NCBI GenBank assembly: GCA_024277755.1
Contig: JAJRUN010000052.1
Location: forward strand, 4,499 to 68,498
DNA from: Gammaproteobacteria bacterium
GTDB taxonomy: Bacteria > Pseudomonadota > Gammaproteobacteria > Tenderiales > Tenderiaceae
Direction of reading: 5' to 3'
DNA length: 64,000 nt
Under the pieces are notes generated by a model. It was given only the letters and a program-made list of their open reading frames with translations, was not told the origin of the DNA and did not search any database. A program made the translations under genes and the position numbers. Positions 9,219 through 19,940 of this stretch are shown piece after piece (within the stretch, counting starts at the first letter, position 1; the number at the start of each line of letters is the position of its first letter).

Positions 9219-11243
9219 TTAGACTGCACCATGCTCAACCAGCCCCATACCAGCTTCCTGCACCCGTTTAATTTTGTCACGCAGTTGGGCGGCTTCTTCA
9301 AATTCAAGATTCTGGGCATGCTCATACATTTGCTGTTCAAGCTGTTTAACTTCCTTGTTCAGCTCCGCTGCTGGCATAGCTGCGTATTCCAACACCTCTT
9401 CTGCCACCTTGGCATATTTTTTGGCATCACCATGGGCACTGGCATAAACACCCTCCATAACATCAGTCACTTTGCGGATGATGCTTTGCGGTGTAATGCC
9501 ATGCTCTTTGTTATGGGCGATCTGTTTGACACGGCGGCGTTCGGTTTCGTCCAATGCACGCTTCATGGAGCCGGTGATCTTATCGGCATACAAAACCGCC
9601 CGGCCATGAACATTGCGAGCAGCGCGCCCCATAGTCTGGATCAATGAACGTTCCGAACGCAGAAAACCTTCTTTATCGGCATCGAGAATAGCCACTAATG
9701 AAACCTCGGGAATGTCCAGCCCTTCACGCAGCAGATTGATGCCCACCAGCACGTCGAACACCCCCAGGCGCAGGTCACGAATGATTTCCACCCGCTCAAC
9801 AGTGTCGATGTCGGAATGCAGATATCGAACTCGCACGCCGTGTTCAGTCAAATAGTCAGTTAGGTCTTCGGCCATACGTTTAGTCAAGGTAGTCACCAGC
9901 ACTCGTTCCCCAGCAGCGGCTCGTTTATTAGCCTCCGACAGCAGATCATCCACTTGGGTGGCTACCGGGCGAATATCAACCTCAGGATCAATAAGACCGG
10001 TTGGACGCACCACCATCTCGACCACCTTGTCACCATGTTCCTCTTCGTAATTTCCGGGGGTGGCCGAGACATAGATGGATTGCGGCGCAATACGCTCAAA
10101 CTCTTCAAACTTCATTGGCCGATTGTCCAGCGCCGAGGGCATGCGAAAACCGTATTCCACCAAATTCTGCTTGCGTGAACGCTCGCCCTTATACATGCCA
10201 CCAATCTGAGGAATGGTGACGTGGCTTTCATCAATCACCAGAATGGCATTGTCAGGCAGGTAATCGAACAGGGTGGGTGGTGGCTCGCCCGGATTGCGGC
10301 CAGAGAGATAGCGAGAGTAGTTTTCAATGCCGGAGCAATACCCCAGCTCTAAAATCATTTCAATATCGAAGATAGTGCGCTGTTCCAGCCGCTGCGCCTC
10401 CACCAGTTTGTCATTGTCACGCAGATATTTCAGTCGCTGTTTTAATTCGTCCTTGATCAGGTCAATGGCATCAAGCAGGGTTTGACGGCCAGTGACGTAG
10501 TGGCTTTTGGGATAGATGGTGAGGCGCGGCACACGGCGCAGCACCTCACCGGTGAGCGGGTCAAAATAGGCCAGTGATTCCACCTCATCATCAAACAACT
10601 CAATCCGTACTGCTTCACTATCTGATTCAGCCGGATAGACATCAATCACATCACCACGCACCCGATAGGTCGCGCGCGACAGTTCAAGATCATTGCGGGT
10701 ATATTGCAGCTCGGCCAGACGTTGCAAGATCTGACGTTGATCAATGCTATCCCCCTTTACCAGATGCAACACCATGCTCAGATAGGAACGCGGATCACCC
10801 AGACCGTAGATACAAGAAACAGAAGAAACAATAATAGTGTCTTCACGTTCAAGGATGGCCTTGGTGGCCGACAACCGCATCTGTTCAATGTGTTCATTGA
10901 TGGAAGAATCTTTTTCAATGAAGGTGTCCGACGACGGCACATAGGCCTCGGGCTGGTAGTAGTCGTAATAAGAGACAAAATACTCCACCGCATTATTGGG
11001 GAAAAACTCCTTCATCTCGCCATACAGCTGTGCTGCCAGGGTCTTGTTAGGTGCCAGAATCAAGGCCGGGCGTTGCACTTCCTGTATCACATTGGCGATG
11101 CTAAAGGTCTTGCCTGAGCCAGTCACTCCCAGCAACACCTGATGCATCAGACCATCTTGCAAGCCTTCAACCATCGCGGCAATTGCACTGGGCTGATCAC
11201 CTGCGGGGTTAAAGGGTGAATTAATTGTAAAAGGCTTGCTCAT
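9219..11243 (-). CDS. uvrB: excinuclease ABC subunit B
   Basis: 674 aa. Walker A GVTGSGKT, helicase motifs, C-terminal UVR domain ([15 protein letters not shown]). Confidence 0.95.
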   Translation of the reverse strand: MSKPFTINSPFNPAGDQPSAIAAMVEGLQDGLMHQVLLGVTGSGKTFSIANVIQEVQRPALILAPNKTLAAQLYGEMKEFFPNNAVEYFVSYYDYYQPEAYVPSSDTFIEKDSSINEHIEQMRLSATKAILEREDTIIVSSVSCIYGLGDPRSYLSMVLHLVKGDSIDQRQILQRLAELQYTRNDLELSRATYRVRGDVIDVYPAESDSEAVRIELFDDEVESLAYFDPLTGEVLRRVPRLTIYPKSHYVTGRQTLLDAIDLIKDELKQRLKYLRDNDKLVEAQRLEQRTIFDIEMILELGYCSGIENYSRYLSGRNPGEPPPTLFDYLPDNAILVIDESHVTIPQIGGMYKGERSRKQNLVEYGFRMPSALDNRPMKFEEFERIAPQSIYVSATPGNYEEEHGDKVVEMVVRPTGLIDPEVDIRPVATQVDDLLSEANKRAAAGERVLVTTLTKRMAEDLTDYLTEHGVRVRYLHSDIDTVERVEIIRDLRLGVFDVLVGINLLREGLDIPEVSLVAILDADKEGFLRSERSLIQTMGRAARNVHGRAVLYADKITGSMKRALDETERRRVKQIAHNKEHGITPQSIIRKVTDVMEGVYASAHGDAKKYAKVAEEVLEYAAMPAAELNKEVKQLEQQMYEHAQNLEFEEAAQLRDKIKRVQEAGMGLVEHGAV

Positions 11244-11389
11244 AGGGATTCTGCAACAGGGATTAATCGAGTAATATTAACATTTAGTACCTTATAAATA
11301 ATTCTTTCACAAAACGAAGAAAATTATTGGGTGAAGATTTTATCCAGTTTACTGGGTTAGACATACTTAAAGCATGCTGTGAGGGCCTG

Positions 11390-12586
11390 ATGAGCAAAAA
11401 TTTCCGTCTTTCTGAACGTGTCCAGAATATCAAGCCATCACCGACCCTGGTTATTACCGCTCGCGCCAAGGAGCTGCGCGCAGCAGGAAAAGACATTATT
11501 GGCCTCGGGGCCGGCGAACCGGATTTTGATACTCCGGATCACATCAAAAATGCTGCCATCGAAGCTATCAAGAATGGCTTCACCAAATACACCGCCGTCG
11601 ATGGCACCCCAGAGCTGAAACAGGCCATCATCACCAAATTCAAACGTGACAATGGCTTTGACTATCACGCCGATCAGGTGCTGGTTTCTTGCGGTGGCAA
11701 ACAAAGCTTTTTCAATCTAACCCAAGCCATTCTCAATCCTGGCGACGAAGTAATCATTCCGGCCCCTTACTGGGTGTCATACCCGGACATGGTCATTCTT
11801 GCGGGTGGTAGCCCGGTTGTGGTTGAGGCGGGCATTGAACAGGGGTTTAAGATCACGCCTGAGCAACTGGAAGACGCCATTACCGATGATACCCGCCTGT
11901 TTGTCATCAACAGCCCCTCCAACCCTACCGGGGTGGCTTACACCAAGGCAGAGCTGGAAGCACTGGGTGAGGTACTGCGTCGCTATCCACAAGTAATCAT
12001 CGCAACGGATGACATGTACGAACATATTCTCTGGGCAGATGAGCCATTCTGCAACATCCTCAATGCCTGCCCTGATTTATACGACCGCATCATGGTTCTG
12101 AATGGCGTATCAAAGGCCTATTCCATGACCGGCTGGCGAATTGGCTATGCAGCAGGACCCAAGCCTCTCATCCAGGCGATGAAAAAGATTCAATCACAAA
12201 GCACATCGAATCCCACCTCTATTTCACAGGTAGCCGCACAAATGGCGCTGGAAGGTGATCAAGACTGTATCGGTGAAATGCTCAAGGCCTTTAAACAGCG
12301 CCATGACTTTGTCGTCAAAGAATTAAATACCATGCACGGTGTGCAGTGCATCGAATCGCAGGGCACGTTCTACGCCTTCCCTTCCATGCATGGCGTCATT
12401 AACTGTCATAGCGAAGCTAAGGATGATGTGGCCCTGGCTGATTTTTTCTTGAATGAAGCTGATGTAGCCCTGGTTCCGGGTTCTGCCTTTGGTGCCCCGG
12501 GTTATATGCGTTTATCATATGCAACCAGCATGGAAAATCTTACTGAAGCACTCAAACGCATCAAGACCGTCCTGGGCACTGATTAA
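11390..12586 (+). CDS. PLP-dependent aspartate/aromatic aminotransferase (class I)
   Basis: About 398 aa from MSKNFRLSERVQNIKPSPTLVITARAKELRAAGKDIIGLGAGEPDFDTP; SKAYSMTGWRIGY PLP-lysine motif. The ORF track extends 21 codons upstream. Confidence 0.85.
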   Translation: MSKNFRLSERVQNIKPSPTLVITARAKELRAAGKDIIGLGAGEPDFDTPDHIKNAAIEAIKNGFTKYTAVDGTPELKQAIITKFKRDNGFDYHADQVLVSCGGKQSFFNLTQAILNPGDEVIIPAPYWVSYPDMVILAGGSPVVVEAGIEQGFKITPEQLEDAITDDTRLFVINSPSNPTGVAYTKAELEALGEVLRRYPQVIIATDDMYEHILWADEPFCNILNACPDLYDRIMVLNGVSKAYSMTGWRIGYAAGPKPLIQAMKKIQSQSTSNPTSISQVAAQMALEGDQDCIGEMLKAFKQRHDFVVKELNTMHGVQCIESQGTFYAFPSMHGVINCHSEAKDDVALADFFLNEADVALVPGSAFGAPGYMRLSYATSMENLTEALKRIKTVLGTD

Positions 12587-12606
12587 AATTGCGGGGAGCT
12601 AAATCC

Positions 12607-13152
12607 ATGAAGCAAAGCAATACTTGGCAGACCAAAAACAAAGCTTCATATGGCTTTACTCTGGTTGAAGTTCTGGTGGTGCTATCAATATCAGCAATTA
12701 TTATTGGTGCTGCAACCCCCTCCTTCATGAATATTATCGCCAACAATCGTGTCGCCATGGCTAGCAATGAGCTGATAACTACTTTGAACCTTGCCAAGGC
12801 TGAGGCCGTTCGTTCAGGTATGGACACCGTATTGTGCGCAAGCCAGACGGCCAGCCAATGCAGTGATTCAGCAAACTGGAGCGATGGCCTGATATTGTTT
12901 CAGGATAACGACAACGACGGCATTATCAGTAATAACGAAAGAATTATCAAGGTCATGCCTGCCAGTAACGACAGCCTTCAGTTTGCCTATATTCTAGACA
13001 ACACTAAAAAAATCAACTTTAAAGCCAATGGCAGAATAAACCTAAACGGCCACTTTTGTTTTAAGAATTCTTATGCAGAGAACAATAGCCGCGCGGTGAT
13101 CATCACGCAAACAGGACGGATTCGTTCTGAAAAAATAACATATGACTGCTAG
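12607..13152 (+). CDS. type IV pilin-like / T2SS pseudopilin (FimT/GspH family) protein
   Basis: Prepilin leader ending ...SYG/FTLVEVLVVLSISAIIIGAA (N-methylation site motif G-F-T-L-V-E). About 180 aa, GspH/FimT-like size. Confidence 0.7.
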   Translation: MKQSNTWQTKNKASYGFTLVEVLVVLSISAIIIGAATPSFMNIIANNRVAMASNELITTLNLAKAEAVRSGMDTVLCASQTASQCSDSANWSDGLILFQDNDNDGIISNNERIIKVMPASNDSLQFAYILDNTKKINFKANGRINLNGHFCFKNSYAENNSRAVIITQTGRIRSEKITYDC

Positions 13153-13338
13153 TGGTTCATGCGGAAGCCCAGGTAACTAGATCCCAAATAAAGCACTGAC
13201 AAGCTATTGAAAAGCGCCTATACGGCACGATACGGTGTTAAAATTCAACTCAAAATACTCATTTATCATCTATACACTGCTCATTTTCGCTGAATTTTTC
13301 CTTATATCGCACTCGCCTACGAGTTTTCCAACAACCTG

Positions 13339-14001
13339 CTAAGCAGTTTTAGGCACCATATAACCAACACCTCGTACGGTGACTATTAGCTCTTTTCCAA
13401 GTTTCTTTCTAATATGATGAATATGAACTTCGGTGGCGTTACTCTCCACTGCATCATTCCAGCTATAGAGTTTTTCTTCAATCTGTTCGCGCGACATTAC
13501 CCTGCCCGCATTTTCAAGTAACAAAAACAAAATTGAGAACTCTTTTGATGGCAGAAAAACGGGTTTGCCATTCAGTGTGACTGTGCGTGCAGCCGGGTCA
13601 AGAATAATAGAACCATAGCTTATGGCTGGCGACGCACGATCCATTCTGCGTCTGAGCAAAGCACGGATACGGGCATAGAACTCTTCAAGATCAAAGGGTT
13701 TGATCATGTAATCATCAGCACCGCAGTCTAGGCCCGAAACTCTATCAGCGGTTGTGTCATGAGCACTCAAGATCAAGACGGGGATTTTATTGCCCTCTTC
13801 ACGAATCTCTTTGAGTAAGCTTATCCCGCTTAAGGAAGGCAGACCAAGATCCAACACCATCAAATCAAATGGGGCAGTCGTTAATGCATTACGGGCATCA
13901 AGACCGTCCGTCAGCCAATCCACGGTATAGCCCACCTGTTCAAGCGCAGCACGCATACCCTGTCCCAACTGCGGATCATCTTCTACCAATAAAATTCGCA
14001 T
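13339..14001 (-). CDS. OmpR/PhoB-family response regulator (REC plus winged-helix), orphan
   Basis: MRILLVEDD...DLMVLDLGLP (phospho-Asp), KIPVLILSA, C-terminal trans_reg_C (VTVRGVGY). No histidine kinase gene adjacent. Confidence 0.85.
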   Translation of the reverse strand: MRILLVEDDPQLGQGMRAALEQVGYTVDWLTDGLDARNALTTAPFDLMVLDLGLPSLSGISLLKEIREEGNKIPVLILSAHDTTADRVSGLDCGADDYMIKPFDLEEFYARIRALLRRRMDRASPAISYGSIILDPAARTVTLNGKPVFLPSKEFSILFLLLENAGRVMSREQIEEKLYSWNDAVESNATEVHIHHIRKKLGKELIVTVRGVGYMVPKTA

Positions 14002-14309
14002 AACTTATTCTTATATGAATATAAATAATATGAGCGCAATAGTAACAAAATTAGCTAATAATAAAATAATAGTGGACACTGCTTTGAAGTTCATGAACAA
14101 ATATATTCCCTTTGAGAAATCAATTTAAGGGTTAGTTAAGGATTTATCATTAGAATTGAATATACCTTCAGAGGGGAATGCAAACTCCCGAGAGAGGGCT
14201 TAGACCAGTAGAGTGGTTTAGTTAGGCGGTGGTCATTATTCACGGGGATTATGGGACTAATGGACTGCCAACTATGTAATTTTATATTTTTATCATAGGA
14301 GATATTGTC

Positions 14310-14411
14310 ATGGGTGGAATGGGCGGAAGAGGCGGAAGAGGCGGCATGGGTGGTGGACGCGGTGGACGCGGTGGACGCGGTGGACGCGGTGGTGGTGGCG
14401 GTCGTCGTTAA
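14310..14411 (+). CDS. 33-codon Gly/Arg-repeat micro-protein (MGGMGGRGGRGGMGGGRGGRGGRGGRGGGGGRR)
   Basis: ATG at 14310, preceded by AGGAGA (14297-14302) at 7-nt spacing; stop TAA 14409-14411; strong terminator 50 nt downstream. Below the ORF-track size cut-off. Confidence 0.45.
   Translation: MGGMGGRGGRGGMGGGRGGRGGRGGRGGGGGRR
14352..14387 (+). repeat. 4 x perfect 9-bp tandem repeat GGTGGACGC (encodes GGR x4) inside the micro-ORF
   Basis: Directly visible: ggtggacgc ggtggacgc ggtggacgc ggtggacgc, followed by ggtggtggtggcggtcgtcgt. Confidence 0.9.
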
Positions 14412-14461
14412 TCGACTGACACATCACACACTATCCATGTGGCCTAGCGCCATATGATAAA

Positions 14462-14493
14462 AACGGGGAACTTCGGTTCCCCGTTTTGCATTT
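14462..14493 (+). terminator. rho-independent terminator
   Basis: AACGGGGAAC-TTCG-GTTCCCCGTT hairpin followed by TTGCATTT. Confidence 0.7.
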
Positions 14494-14525
14494 AAAGCCT
14501 CAGCATCCCAAAATAATCTACAGTT

Positions 14526-16292
14526 TCAGCTTTCCGCCTGCCGACCATTATCCGACTGCCACGCCACTGATGCCTGATAGGCGGGGTGGCAAGCCATCAA
14601 CTCTTCGTGTGTGCCCACCATAATCGAACCATCACCATTCAGATAAACAACACGATCAGCATTGCGAATGGAAGAAAAGCGATGCGCAATCACAAATGTC
14701 GTCCGCCCCAGTCGCAACGACTCCAACGCTCCCACCACCAACTGTTCAGACTCACTATCCAGCGCTGAAGTCGCTTCATCCATAATCAAAAATGGCGTAT
14801 TGCGTAACATTGCCTGGGCAATGGCGATACGTTGGTACTGCCCACCCGATAGCTCCACCCCAACTGAGCCAATACGGGTATTCAGACCACCCTCCAGTGA
14901 TTCGATAAAGACCCAGGCGCCACTAGACTCACAGGCCATGAGCAGCTGCTCTTCCGTTGCATCCGGCTGAGCCAGTAGCAGATTGGCACGAATTGTATCG
15001 TTAATTACCAACGGGCTTTGCCACACCACGCAAAAATGATCACGCAAAGAGGCCAGTGTCACTTTTGCTATGTCAACATTATCGATCAGAATACGGCCTT
15101 GCTGCGGGTCATGAAAGCGCATCAAAAGCTTCGCCAGTGTTGACTTACCTGCCCCGCTTGGCCCAACAAGAGCAATGGTTTCCCCTGCCTTAATCTTCAA
15201 GTCCACTTTATCCAGAATTGGCTCATTCTCCTCTGCGTAAGCAAAACTGACACCTTCAAAACAAATATCAGCTTTATTAATTTTTAGTGGTTTAGCATCT
15301 GCCGCATCACGGGTTTCAGGTTCAAGCGCAAAGACAGCTAAGACTCGCTCCGCCGCACCGAGATCCCCCTGCCACTGCATCGGTGCCTGGGTAAAACCTC
15401 GCACCGGCACAGATAAATAACCGAGGTAAATCAAAAAACTCACTAACTCGCCAATCCCCAGTCCTTGTGCATCGATCCGTTCAATGCCAACAAAGACAAT
15501 AGAGATGCCGCAAAGATAGATTAAGCCGGTCAAGGTAACTTCAAACGTTTCATCCAACCAGCGCGACTTCATTCCCCAATAGCGTGCCCGTTCAAACGCG
15601 CTGCCATGCTGATTAGAGATTCTTTCCTCAGCCCTGACCGAACTGATGCCACGCATATTGGCTAGCGTCTGTTCTTCAAACGCCAATAGTTCGCCGTTTT
15701 CATGAAAAAAATGCTGTGAAGCCTTACGTTTACGCGGCCCAAACAATGCCTGATGAATGATAAACAAGGGCACAAATAGCAACGCCACCAAAGCCAGATA
15801 CCAGTCGATCCAGAAAAGCATGCCGCAATAAAAGACCAGGGTGAGTAAATGAGATACCAGATAGAATGGCACCTCTAGCGCCATATCCTGAACACTATCA
15901 ACATCATTACTGAGACGTGCTAGCAGATCACCACGGTGCAGTGAAGAGGCCACCGAATCAGAGACAAAAAGCAAATGGCTCATGAGCGCCAATCTAACCC
16001 GGCCCACAAACCGCAGCCCGAGCCAACTGACCGACATAGTCGATGCCAACTGAAAAAGCTGATTAACAACAACGATGAGAATCAGCCACAGTAATACTTG
16101 CTTGACCTCTTCAAAGCGGCCAGCATGCAAGTGATCAAAGGGAATACCAATCAACCACACCATCACTGTGTTGGTGAGCGTTAATCCGAGAATAGCAAGC
16201 ACCACCAGGCCGATGAATCTTGCGTCAGGGCGAATATAAGGTATGAAATGCCGATATATCTGCCAAAAACCGGCTTCCTTAGCAATATTCAT
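14526..16292 (-). CDS. ABC exporter, fused permease/ATPase (MsbA/type I exporter-like)
   Basis: 588 aa: six-TM domain, then NBD with Walker A GPSGAGKST, signature LSGGQYQRIAIAQA, Walker B LIMDEATSALD. Confidence 0.85.
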   Translation of the reverse strand: MNIAKEAGFWQIYRHFIPYIRPDARFIGLVVLAILGLTLTNTVMVWLIGIPFDHLHAGRFEEVKQVLLWLILIVVVNQLFQLASTMSVSWLGLRFVGRVRLALMSHLLFVSDSVASSLHRGDLLARLSNDVDSVQDMALEVPFYLVSHLLTLVFYCGMLFWIDWYLALVALLFVPLFIIHQALFGPRKRKASQHFFHENGELLAFEEQTLANMRGISSVRAEERISNQHGSAFERARYWGMKSRWLDETFEVTLTGLIYLCGISIVFVGIERIDAQGLGIGELVSFLIYLGYLSVPVRGFTQAPMQWQGDLGAAERVLAVFALEPETRDAADAKPLKINKADICFEGVSFAYAEENEPILDKVDLKIKAGETIALVGPSGAGKSTLAKLLMRFHDPQQGRILIDNVDIAKVTLASLRDHFCVVWQSPLVINDTIRANLLLAQPDATEEQLLMACESSGAWVFIESLEGGLNTRIGSVGVELSGGQYQRIAIAQAMLRNTPFLIMDEATSALDSESEQLVVGALESLRLGRTTFVIAHRFSSIRNADRVVYLNGDGSIMVGTHEELMACHPAYQASVAWQSDNGRQAES

Positions 16293-16376
16293 GCGGTTAC
16301 ACCAATCAATAGATAGATATCAAAAACTCTCAACAAGTAGAAGGCTAGCATTCAAACAGACAGGGAAACCTGAATG

Positions 16377-16407
16377 CAAAAAAAAGGAGCCACTAAAGGC
16401 TCCTTTT
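16377..16407 (-). terminator. rho-independent terminator downstream of pnp (hairpin also readable on plus strand)
   Basis: AAAAAAAGGAGCC-ACTAAA-GGCTCCTTTT. Confidence 0.6.
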
Positions 16408-16432
16408 CATACCAGAAAAAGATTAAAACAAC

Positions 16433-18526
16433 TTAAGCTTCTTCAGTCACCGCCTTCATGCTCAAACGAATGCGGCCCTGTTTGTCAATTTCGAGTACCT
16501 TGACCTTAACCGTCTCACCTTCGGTGAGCTTGTCAGCCACATTCTCAACCCGTTCGTTTGAAATCTGTGAGATGTGAACCAGACCATCCTTGCCAGGCAG
16601 AACAGTCACAAAAGCACCAAAGTCCATCAGCTTGGCAACCAAACCATCATAGATCTTGCCAACTTCAACATCGGCAGTCAGCTCATTGATACGGCGTTTG
16701 GCTTCTTCACCTGCGGCCTTGTCGACAGAAGCAACCTTAACCGTGCCATCATCATCGAGATCAATTGTAGTACCCGTCTCTTCAGTCAGGGCGCGAATGG
16801 TTGCGCCACCCTTGCCGATAACATCACGAATCTTGTCAGGGTTGATCTTGAAGGTAATGATGCGCGGTGCGAATTCAGACAGCTCCTCGCGAGGACTGGA
16901 AATTACCTTGGCCATTTCACCAAGAATATGGATACGACCACCCTTTGCTTGAGTCAATGCAGCTTCCATGATCTCACGGGTAATACCTGTAATTTTGATA
17001 TCCATCTGCAATGCAGTGATGCCGTCAGAGGTACCTGCAACCTTGAAGTCCATATCACCGAGATGATCTTCATCACCAAGGATGTCAGACAGAACAGCAA
17101 AACGTTCACCTTCCTTGATCAGCCCCATCGCAATACCCGCAACAGGCGCCTTCAATGGGATACCTGCATCCATCATCGCCAGACTGGAACCACATACAGA
17201 GGCCATTGAGCTTGAGCCATTTGATTCTGTGATTTCAGAAACAACACGTACCACATATGGATACTCCTCCATGTCCGGCATAACAGCCTGAACACCACGT
17301 TTAGCCAAACGACCATGGCCGATTTCACGACGCTTGGGGCTACCTACAAAACCGGTTTCACCAACGCAGAACGGAGGAAAATTATAGTGCAGCATGAAAG
17401 GGTCTTTACGACTGCCTTCCACGGCATCAATCAGCTGTGCATCTTTGCCGGTACCCAAAGTGGTCACCACCAAAGCCTGCGTTTCACCACGGGTGAACAG
17501 GGCTGAACCATGTGTGCGTGACAAAACACCAACACGAATATTAATCGGACGCACAGTGCTGTTGTCACGGCCATCAATACGCGGCTGGCCTTCGATAATA
17601 CGATTACGAACAACACTCTTTTCCAGACTGCCAACTGCAGCACTGACATCGGCATCGCTCCATTTGGCATCATCACCACTTGACAGAGCTTCAACAACCT
17701 GACTGCGAACATCAGACAACTGGCTATAACGGCTTTGCTTTTCTTTAACCTGATAAGCAGCATCAATCTGAGCCTGAGCCTTATCACTGACCGCAGCGGC
17801 AAGGGCTTCGTCTTTAGCTTCTGGCTGCCAGTCCCAGGCTTCAACATCCGCTTCAGCAACAAACTCGCTGATTGAGTTAATAACGACCTGCAACTGCTCA
17901 TGACCAAACATGACCGAATCAAGCATGACCTGCTCGGACAGCTCTTTTGCTTCAGACTCAACCATCAACACGGCATCAGCCGTACCGGCAACAACCAGAT
18001 CAAGCTGTGAATCACCCAGTTGGGAGATACCCGGGTTCAGCAGGAACTGACCATCTTTATAACCAACACGAGCGGCACCGATTGGCCCCTGAAAAGGAAC
18101 GCCAGCCAACATCACAGCAGCAGAAGCACCAATCATGGCCGGAATATCAGGATCAATATCTGTATCTAATGAAACGACGGTGGCAATAATTTGGACTTCG
18201 TTTACAAACCCCTTAGGAAAAAGCGGGCGGATCGGTCTATCGATCAGACGGCATGTCAGAGTTTATTTTTCAGACGGACGACCTTCACGCTTGAAAAAGC
18301 CACCCGGAATCTTGCCTGCCGAGTAAGTACGCTCCTGGTAGTTAACCGTCAGTGGAAAGAAGTCACGCCCAGCGTCAGCCTCTTTCTTGGCCACACAAGT
18401 CACCAGCACAGCAGTATCGCCCATGCTACACATTACGGCACCAGATGCCTGACGGGCTATTTCACCGGTTTCCAGAGTGACTGTGTGGTCACCGTATTGA
18501 AAGACCTTTTTAATGGATGTCATCAA
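16433..18526 (-). pseudogene. pnp: polynucleotide phosphorylase interrupted by an in-frame TAA (two ORFs: 87 aa N-terminal, 567 aa C-terminal)
   Basis: ORF 18263-18526 = PNPase residues 1-86 ([20 protein letters not shown]...[11 protein letters not shown]). The same frame continues after TAA with [50 protein letters not shown] into ORF 16433-18136 (RNase PH domains, KH, S1). The stop replaces the conserved Glu of ...GRPSEGETLI... Confidence 0.85.
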
Positions 18527-18601
18527 TAATCCTTAAGATTTTTGGCTGAGATTAACGAAGTCGAAATCGTCGAATATTCTTGGCTAAAGCTAACGCCGCT
18601 C

Positions 18602-18871
18602 TTAGCGACGCAAACCCAGACGTGAAATCAGGTCACGGTAACGAGTGAGGTCTTTCTTTTTCAGATAATCCAGCAGTTTACGACGCTGACTTACCATGCG
18701 CAGCAGACCTTGGCGTGAATGGTGATCATGTGAATGTTCTTTGAAGTGACCAGACAACTGATCAATACGGGCACTCAATAGCGCTACTTGAACTTCTGGA
18801 GAACCAGTGTCTCCTTCAGCACGTTGATAATCAGAAACAACCTTCTGTTTGGCTTCTGCATTTAATGACAT
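18602..18871 (-). CDS. rpsO: 30S ribosomal protein S15
   Basis: 89 aa [36 protein letters not shown]... Confidence 0.95.
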   Translation of the reverse strand: MSLNAEAKQKVVSDYQRAEGDTGSPEVQVALLSARIDQLSGHFKEHSHDHHSRQGLLRMVSQRRKLLDYLKKKDLTRYRDLISRLGLRR

Positions 18872-18981
18872 TTATCTCTCCCAAGATTTTACTAAAAGCT
18901 TAAAGCGGCACATTTTACAGCCGCAAAGGACCTGAAACAAGCGTGGAATCACCTCAATCCCCATAAAAACAGGGATTTGGC

Positions 18982-19908
18982 TCATTCTGAGCAATTTATC
19001 AGGCGTTTTGGTGCGACACGACCATCTTCTAGAATATAGCCCATGCCCAAAAAATCATTTTCACTGGCATATAGTCTAACCAGCCCCTCGGTTGGCGCCT
19101 TTGGTACCAGCACCGCCTGACCTTGGCGTACATAGAAGGCCATATCCGTATTCAGGCTGACAGCGGGGAAATCCTGAACCACCAAATCCATTGGCAGCAG
19201 AAGTTCATCCAAGGCTTCAGCCGGTGCCTGATCGCGAAGTTCTTCGAGTTTTTCCATCGTAATGGCAGCATCAATATCAAACATACCACTCAATATCCGA
19301 CGTAATTCCTGAACATGTCCGCCACAGCCTAGCTTTTCGCCAATATCTTCAGCCAGGGTGCGAATATAGGTGCCTTTAGAACAAATCACTTCAAGATCGA
19401 TTTCATCGTCATTGATTGCCAGCAGCTTAATGGAAAAAATGGTGATTAAACGAGGTTTGCGCTCAACCTCTATGCCCTGACGTGCCAGTTTATAAAGCGG
19501 TTGGCCGTCTTTCTTGAGCGCAGAATACATCGGCGGGATCTGCGAGATTTCACCAACAAAACCAGCGAGGACAGGTTCAAGCAGTGCTTGACTCAACTCA
19601 GGTAGCTGTCGGCTTTGAACAACATCACCTTCAATATCACCTGTGGTGGTGGTTTGACCCAGTTTAATGATGACCTGGTAACCCTTATCGGCATCAAGTT
19701 GATAGCCAGATACTTTGGTTGCCTCACCAAGACAAATTGGTAACAGACCAGTGGCAATAGGATCGAGACTGCCAGTGTGCCCTGCCTTTTTAGCAAAAAA
19801 CAGGCGTTTAACACGCTGCAACACAGCATTGGAGGTCATCCCTGCCGGTTTATCAAGCAACAGGATACCGCTGACGTCTCGACCTTTTTTTATCCGATTA
19901 CGAGCCAA
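18982..19908 (-). CDS. truB: tRNA pseudouridine(55) synthase
   Basis: 308 aa; GILLLDKPAGMTSNAVLQRVKRL...KKAGHTGSLDPIATGLLPICLGEATK catalytic motif. Confidence 0.9.
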   Translation of the reverse strand: MARNRIKKGRDVSGILLLDKPAGMTSNAVLQRVKRLFFAKKAGHTGSLDPIATGLLPICLGEATKVSGYQLDADKGYQVIIKLGQTTTTGDIEGDVVQSRQLPELSQALLEPVLAGFVGEISQIPPMYSALKKDGQPLYKLARQGIEVERKPRLITIFSIKLLAINDDEIDLEVICSKGTYIRTLAEDIGEKLGCGGHVQELRRILSGMFDIDAAITMEKLEELRDQAPAEALDELLLPMDLVVQDFPAVSLNTDMAFYVRQGQAVLVPKAPTEGLVRLYASENDFLGMGYILEDGRVAPKRLINCSE

Positions 19909-19940
19909 CTTAAAACAATCTCAACACAGGACTCAAATAA

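Noticed and set aside
14352-14411. G-rich tandem repeat considered as a CRISPR array or G-quadruplex element
   Set aside because: Only four 9-bp units with no spacers, so not CRISPR. G-tracts are GG, not GGG, so a stable G4 is unlikely. Better explained as a coding repeat inside a micro-ORF with RBS and terminator.
16433-18136. ORF-track start [10 protein letters not shown] for the long pnp ORF as a genuine internal start of a shorter PNPase
   Set aside because: The upstream 127 nt encode, in the same frame, the conserved PNPase segment ([19 protein letters not shown]) preceding this Met. So it is the same gene interrupted by a stop, not an independent shorter gene.
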